Shown: piece by piece, positions 59,138 to 64,000 of the stretch
Numbering within the stretch: position 1 is the stretch's first letter
Layout: each line of letters opens with the position of its first letter
Assembly: GCA_965223855.1 (NCBI GenBank)
Contig: CBDCXM010000009.1
Coordinates: 2,304,001-2,368,000, forward strand
Direction: 5' to 3'
From: Candidatus Multivoradales bacterium
GTDB taxonomy: Bacteria > Acidobacteriota > Thermoanaerobaculia > Multivoradales > JAHEKO01
DNA: 64,000 nt
Position numbers and translations under genes: made by a program
The notes under the pieces: model-generated
What the model saw: only the letters and a program-made list of their open reading frames with translations
What the model was told of the DNA's origin: nothing
The model's database searches: none

Positions 59138-59538
59138 CCGGCTCCGGGGCTCTAGGGCGACGAAGCGCACAGAGGGGGATCCTCGTCCTCCTGTCCGCCC
59201 TGTTTTGCGGGAGCCTCGCCTGCTCGTCACCGCCCGCCGAGGTTCCGGCCGAGATCCTGGGTACCTGGACGACTGGCGCCGCGGGCTTCGAAGGTCGGGC
59301 GATCGAGATCCGCTCCGAGGCGATCGAGTTCGCCAACGGGGGCGATGCGACGGTCTCGCACTGGGTCACCGCGGTCGAGGTCGGCGAGGCCGCTGACGGG
59401 CAGCGCCCGATGGTGATCGTGTACGAGGGCGAGGGCGGCAACGAGTATCGCCTCGGAGTGATCCACGATCGGGCCGAGGGCACGCTGAGGCTGCGTCATC
59501 GGGGAGCGGTCGAGTGGCGTCGGGGGAGCGGAAGGTGA
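59134..59538 (+). CDS. Hypothetical lipoprotein
   Basis: GTG overlapping the previous stop; SLAC lipobox; VPAEILGTWTT. Confidence 0.62.
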   Translation: MTGSGALGRRSAQRGILVLLSALFCGSLACSSPPAEVPAEILGTWTTGAAGFEGRAIEIRSEAIEFANGGDATVSHWVTAVEVGEAADGQRPMVIVYEGEGGNEYRLGVIHDRAEGTLRLRHRGAVEWRRGSGR

Positions 59539-60035
59539 CCGGGCCCGGGCTCGAGCGTCGCCCTGCCCCGCAACCCGACCCGCGTCTCGGCCGGGCCGTC
59601 GGCTTCACGGTGCTGGAGACCCTCATCGCCGTGACGCTCGTCGGCGTGCTGGCAGCGATCGTCGTGCCCTATGTCCTGGGCGAGCTCAAGAAGAGCCGGG
59701 AGCTGCGCGTCCTCGGCGATCTGCGGGCGATCGAAGCAGCGATCGAGACCTATCAGGCCGACCTCGCCGATCTGCCCGACGACCTCGACCAGGTCGGCAT
59801 GGACGTCCCGCTCGATCCCTGGGGGCACGAGTACCGCTACTTCCCGTTCAAGGGCAACAACTGGAGGGGTAGCGCCCGCAAGGACCGCTTCCTCGTACCG
59901 ATCAACTCGACCTACGACCTCTACAGCGTCGGCCCCGACGGAGAGTCGCGGCCGCCGCTGACTGCCCCCCAGAGCTGGGACGACCTGATCCGGGCCAACA
60001 ACGGCGAGTACATGGGCCCCGCGTCGGAGTACTAG
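59535..60035 (+). CDS. GspG-like pseudopilin
   Basis: G|FTVLETLIAV class III signal; DPWGHEYRY; YDLYSVGPDG; DDLIRAN. Confidence 0.85.
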   Translation: MTGPGLERRPAPQPDPRLGRAVGFTVLETLIAVTLVGVLAAIVVPYVLGELKKSRELRVLGDLRAIEAAIETYQADLADLPDDLDQVGMDVPLDPWGHEYRYFPFKGNNWRGSARKDRFLVPINSTYDLYSVGPDGESRPPLTAPQSWDDLIRANNGEYMGPASEY

Positions 60036-60045
60036 GGACTGGAGG

Positions 60046-61662
60046 ATGCTGAGTTCCCTGTCGAGTCGCGTCGGTCGTCGTCTGGTCTTCCTGTTCGGCG
60101 TCTCGGCGATCGTGCCGCTGCTCGGCCTCGCCACGCTGTCGTACTTCGCGGTGAGCGACTACCTCCTCGAGTCGAGCCGCAACGAGCTGCGGGTCGGCAG
60201 CAAGTCCTACGGCATGAGCCTGCTGGAGCGCCTGCAGGCGCTCGAAGCGGCGCTCGACGAGGCGGCGCCCCTCGCGGAGGGGGGAGAGCTGCCGGAGGCG
60301 AGGCGGGAACTGCTGGCTCGATACTTCGAGTGGCTCGGTGTCCTCGAACCCGGTTCGACGGCGCGGACTCTGGTCGGCGACGCGGCCGCGGCGCCCGCCG
60401 ACGAGCATCTGCTTTCGCTCGGCTCTCTCTCCAGCGACGCGACCTCGGTGACCCACCGCCCTGTCCTGCTCGCCATCCGACGGCCGACGGCCGACGGCGG
60501 GTTCCGCATCCTCGCCGGGCGCCCCACCGAGAGCTACCTGTGGTGGGGCTCGGTGGGCGAAAGCACGCTCCCCGCCAGCACAGGTGTCGTTGTCCGTGCC
60601 GACGGCGAGATCGTTCACGTGACCCTGGCGGAGCGAGGCACCGAGGCGCATGGTCGAAGAGCGCTGACGCCGGCGCCCCCGGTCGAGCAGTCGGTGGGTG
60701 GGCACTGGACCCTGCCGTTGAGCCTGAGTTTCGAAGGCGAGGACTGGGAGATCGCCTGGATCCGTTCGAGAGACGATGTGCTCCGACCGGTCCGCCGCTT
60801 CACCGGCACCTTCGCATTGGTCCTGACGGCGACGCTGCTCGGCGTCGCCCTGCTGGCGCTGACCCAGATTCGCCGCTTCCTCGAGCCGCTGGGTGAGCTG
60901 GGCGTCGGCGTGAGGCGGGTGGCGCGGCAGGACTTCTCGACTCCGGTGAAGGTCTCGAGCGGCGACGAGTTCGAGGACCTGGCGAAGTCGTTCAACGGCA
61001 TGACGCAGCAGGTGGAGACCCTCATCGGGGAGCTGCGACGCCACCAGCTCGGGACGCTGCGCTCACTGGCGCGAACGATGGACGAGCGCTCGCCGTGGAC
61101 GCTCGGCCACTCGGGACGGGTGGCCGATCTGTGCCGGCGGATCGCCCAGGTGATGGCGCTTCCGGACCGGGAAGTGCGGACGCTCTACCGGGCCGGTCTG
61201 CTCCACGACATCGGCAAGCTGCGACTGCCGACCGAGCTGCTCGAGAAGCCCGCCGTGCTCACGCCGTCGGAATTCGAGCAGATTCAGGAACACGTCGAGG
61301 CCGGAGTCCGGATTCTCGCGCCGATCCCCGGGTATGGGGCGGTCACCAAGGTCGTGGAGGAGCATCACGAGCGACTCGACGGCACGGGCTACCCGCGCGG
61401 GCTGTCCGGCGACGACATCTGCCTGGGAGCGCGGGTTCTTGCGGTGGCCGATTCGTTCGACGCTCTCTCGAGCGACCGTCCCTACAGGCCTCGATTCACC
61501 CGAGCCGAGGCGCTCCAGGAACTCCACAACGGCTCCGGCACGCTCTACGACCCGGAGGTACTGGCAGCGTTGGAGGTAGCCCTGGCGCTCGACCCGGCTC
61601 GTCACGCGGATCGGAGCGCCGTCGTCGAAGAGCCCTCGGACAGGGCCGAGTCCGCGAACTAG
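60046..61662 (+). CDS. Membrane HAMP + HD-GYP cyclic-dinucleotide phosphodiesterase
   Basis: Two TMs around a periplasmic domain; HAMP (DEFEDLAKSFNGM); HSGRV, HDIGK, HHERLDGTGYP, VADSFDAL, RPYR. Confidence 0.92.
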   Translation: MLSSLSSRVGRRLVFLFGVSAIVPLLGLATLSYFAVSDYLLESSRNELRVGSKSYGMSLLERLQALEAALDEAAPLAEGGELPEARRELLARYFEWLGVLEPGSTARTLVGDAAAAPADEHLLSLGSLSSDATSVTHRPVLLAIRRPTADGGFRILAGRPTESYLWWGSVGESTLPASTGVVVRADGEIVHVTLAERGTEAHGRRALTPAPPVEQSVGGHWTLPLSLSFEGEDWEIAWIRSRDDVLRPVRRFTGTFALVLTATLLGVALLALTQIRRFLEPLGELGVGVRRVARQDFSTPVKVSSGDEFEDLAKSFNGMTQQVETLIGELRRHQLGTLRSLARTMDERSPWTLGHSGRVADLCRRIAQVMALPDREVRTLYRAGLLHDIGKLRLPTELLEKPAVLTPSEFEQIQEHVEAGVRILAPIPGYGAVTKVVEEHHERLDGTGYPRGLSGDDICLGARVLAVADSFDALSSDRPYRPRFTRAEALQELHNGSGTLYDPEVLAALEVALALDPARHADRSAVVEEPSDRAESAN

Positions 61663-62129
61663 TCCTCGAGTACGCCGGGCCAGTTTTCGTCGGCCTTCTC
61701 GATATTGGCGTCGCGATCCTCCTGCCACTGCGACATGACGCTCAGGCTGTAGTTGAGGAAGAGTCGGTCGCCGACGACGGTCCATGCCTCAGGATCGGTG
61801 GAGGCGGTGTAGCCGCGGCTGACCGCCCAGGCGCAGTAGCCGCCGTATTGCGGCGCCCATCGCTCGGGGTCCTCGGCGAAGCGGTCACGGTTCTCGGCGC
61901 TGGCGAAGCGCCACTCCGCGCCGTTCCACTCGTAGGTGTGGTCGCTCGATCCTTCGACCGGTTCGGCTTCGGTGAAGTAGACGACCGGGTCGTAGCCGCG
62001 GATGGCGACGTTGCTGAGGGTGGTGGTGAACACCGGGTCCTCGGCGGCCGCGGCGGGGGTGGGAATCGTCAGCAGCGCGAGAAGGGCGGCTGCTACCGGG
62101 AGTCGCAGGAACAGGAATCGACAGGTCAT
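61659..62129 (-). CDS. Secreted YHS-domain protein
   Basis: AIRGYDPVVYF, WRFASAENRDRF, PQYGGYCAWAV, LFLNYS motifs. Confidence 0.9.
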   Translation of the reverse strand: MTCRFLFLRLPVAAALLALLTIPTPAAAAEDPVFTTTLSNVAIRGYDPVVYFTEAEPVEGSSDHTYEWNGAEWRFASAENRDRFAEDPERWAPQYGGYCAWAVSRGYTASTDPEAWTVVGDRLFLNYSLSVMSQWQEDRDANIEKADENWPGVLED

Positions 62130-62251
62130 CGGCTCTCCGATCTGGTGGCGTTGGCCTGCCACTCTATCGGCGGTTTCGCGCATACGCCTGGATCGGTCAC
62201 AGGCCGCTCGTGCCTTGACGGCGCCGGAACCGCCCTCGAAGCGGTCCCGCT

Positions 62252-63826
62252 TCAGCGAGAGGCGTTGGACGCCGCCGCCGCCGCTGCGTCTTCCGGCACC
62301 TCGAAAGCAAACGGCAGCGGCTCGAGCTCGGTCGCGCAACCGATGTCGACTCCGTCGAGCGACGAAGCCTCCGCCAGTTGACCGATCGCGCCCAGCCAGC
62401 ACGCCGCCGCCGCTTCGTCGAGGGCCCCGTGTCCGCGGTGGGCCAGGACCATGTGGAGGCTGCGGGAGAGGGTGCGAGCGACGAGGTCGCCGTTGGCGAC
62501 CGGGGTCACCGGGTCGAGTTCGCCGCTGATCAGCAGTACCGGCACCGAGGAAACCAGCGGCTCGCGCATGTGCGGGTCGGCCTCGCCCCGGGGCCAGACT
62601 TGGCAGATGTCGAGCTGCTGCTGCATCCGGTACATCCCCAGCACCGTGCCGTTCGAGGACGCGATCTCGCGTTCGAGATCGACGAAGGGGAGATCCTCGG
62701 CGCAGGTCATCGAGAAATAGAGGCCCTTGTAGAAGTTCACGCTGATGTCGTAGTAGGCGAGAGCGATGAGGCTCAGGAGTGGCTCGTAGTCACCTCCATG
62801 GGCGGCGGCGATGAGCTGCGGGAAGCGGGCGAGTACCGGTGCCCGATAGGCGAGGAACCTCAGCCCCATGACGAACTCACCGTAGGCGAGGGTGACGTCC
62901 TGCGGCTGGTCGAAGGCCGGGTGGGTGACCGTGGCTCGCGCCGGCTCGTCCCCGACCCGCGCGAGGACTTCGGCCAGCTGCTGGGCGAACTGCGGGTAGG
63001 CGCCGTGGCACACCGCGTCGTTTGCGCAGAGCTCGACGAGCTGGTCGAGGGCGTCCTGCTGAGAGCGTGCGAACCCCGAGGGGGCGGTCATCGAGGGCGG
63101 CGCCACCCCGAGGAGCACCGCGAACTCGATGCGCTCCGGGTGGCGGCGCACGGTCTCCTGTGCGAGCCGGGTGCCGTAGGAGCCGCCGAAGAGCGCCATC
63201 CGGGGGTAGCCGAGAGCCGCTCGCACGTCGTCGAGGTCGTCGGCGGCGTAGGAGGTCGTGTACTGGGTGAGGTCTGCGTCCGGCGACAGCGCGTCGCGGC
63301 ACCGACGCACGTCCTCGAGGCGCAGCAGGTAGGTCATGTGGGGCTGCAACCGGTCGGCAGGTCCGGCCGGCAGGCACTGCAGCGGCGCTGAGCGTCCGGT
63401 GCCTCGTATGTCGACGAAGACGAGATCGCGGGCGCCGAGGAAAGGAGTGATGTAAGGGCCGAGGCCCCCTGCGGAGGCGGTCGCCGCGTCACCCGGGCCG
63501 CCGGCGAGGAAGAACAGTGGAGGCTTCGCGCCGTCGGGGTCGGGATCGGCTGCCGGCAGGACCACTGTGAAGAGCGCCAGCGTCCGCCCGGTCTCCGCGA
63601 GGCGATTCTCGTAGACCTCCACGGTGCCGCATCTCGCCTCCGAAGGCAGTCCGAGTTCCGCTGCGCATGGCTGTGGTGTCCATGATCGAGGTGTTGCCTC
63701 TTCCGCGGCCGAAGCGCCGGCCGCCGTCAGGAGGAGGCCCGTCAGCAGAGCCGCCAGGGAAGCGTGAGGGACGGAAGGCCGCGGAGCGACAGGTGGCAGG
63801 GGCGGAGCGCATCGCAGTGGCTTCAT
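62252..63826 (-). CDS. Secreted alpha/beta hydrolase (TAP-like peptidase)
   Basis: LAGGPG, DIRGTGRS, GGSYGT nucleophile, GELDPVTP, GHG. Confidence 0.88.
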   Translation of the reverse strand: MKPLRCAPPLPPVAPRPSVPHASLAALLTGLLLTAAGASAAEEATPRSWTPQPCAAELGLPSEARCGTVEVYENRLAETGRTLALFTVVLPAADPDPDGAKPPLFFLAGGPGDAATASAGGLGPYITPFLGARDLVFVDIRGTGRSAPLQCLPAGPADRLQPHMTYLLRLEDVRRCRDALSPDADLTQYTTSYAADDLDDVRAALGYPRMALFGGSYGTRLAQETVRRHPERIEFAVLLGVAPPSMTAPSGFARSQQDALDQLVELCANDAVCHGAYPQFAQQLAEVLARVGDEPARATVTHPAFDQPQDVTLAYGEFVMGLRFLAYRAPVLARFPQLIAAAHGGDYEPLLSLIALAYYDISVNFYKGLYFSMTCAEDLPFVDLEREIASSNGTVLGMYRMQQQLDICQVWPRGEADPHMREPLVSSVPVLLISGELDPVTPVANGDLVARTLSRSLHMVLAHRGHGALDEAAAACWLGAIGQLAEASSLDGVDIGCATELEPLPFAFEVPEDAAAAAASNASR

Positions 63827-63924
63827 GCCCAGGGACTACGAAGCCTCCACCGCGCCAGTTTCAGGATTGACCGTTCGGCTGCGGGTTGCTCCTTCCAGGC
63901 CAGCGCGTTCCTGAGGACTCGCTC

Positions 63925-64000
63925 CTACGATCCCGAGATCCAGGCCCAGACGGGTCTGGCGCCCACCCACCCGGCAGCGAGGCCGAGGCCCGTGACGAGT
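63925..64000 (-). CDS. 3' end of a probable membrane protein (partial)
   Basis: Open frame ...LVTGLGLAAGWVGARPVWAWISGS* entering from the window edge. Confidence 0.35.
   Translation of the reverse strand, partial: LVTGLGLAAGWVGARPVWAWISGS

Noticed and set aside
61659-62129. Selenoprotein form of the YHS protein
   Set aside because: The GGYCAW position is a normal Cys codon and there is no in-frame TGA.

Overview
High-GC bacterial chromosome segment, probably from a diderm Acidobacteriota (Thermoanaerobaculia-like) organism; the taxon is inferred from gene content and C-terminal motifs only. 1-28.6 kb is housekeeping: tRNA(CAU)-tilS-ftsH-folP-cdaA-cdaR-glmM, sodA, a vanadium haloperoxidase, tRNA-Val/tRNA-Asp-rpmG, an ECF-like sigma, ctpA, tat genes, kdsB-pyrG-kdsA-kdsD-kdsC-lpxL, ispB, lolA, purH, tusA and tRNA-Phe. 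Directly after tRNA-Phe lies a decayed integrative island (about 28.6-38.7 kb). It holds a 5'-truncated VirD4-like ATPase/nuclease/excisionase fusion, a UvrD-type nuclease remnant, a tyrosine integrase, a 1087-aa SF2 helicase-nuclease (candidate anti-phage gene) and further defence-like genes. Next is a RAYT-like Y1 (HUH) transposase, followed by an accessory region of mostly secreted-protein genes. The most distinctive signal is a 22-bp REP-like imperfect palindrome (consensus GAGTnnCGGTGACAGGATACTC), with 8 clear copies plus 2 decayed arms. The copies form inverted pairs, and one pair sits directly upstream of each of four co-oriented envelope/secreted-protein genes, suggesting a RAYT/REP-delimited gene-cassette array. 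Also notable are two candidate C-terminal sorting motifs (IFxDGFESGDTSxWS and IPVELxxFxVD) and a pseudopilin-lipoprotein-pseudopilin-HAMP/HD-GYP operon. All calls are by-eye motif recognition; no searches were run.
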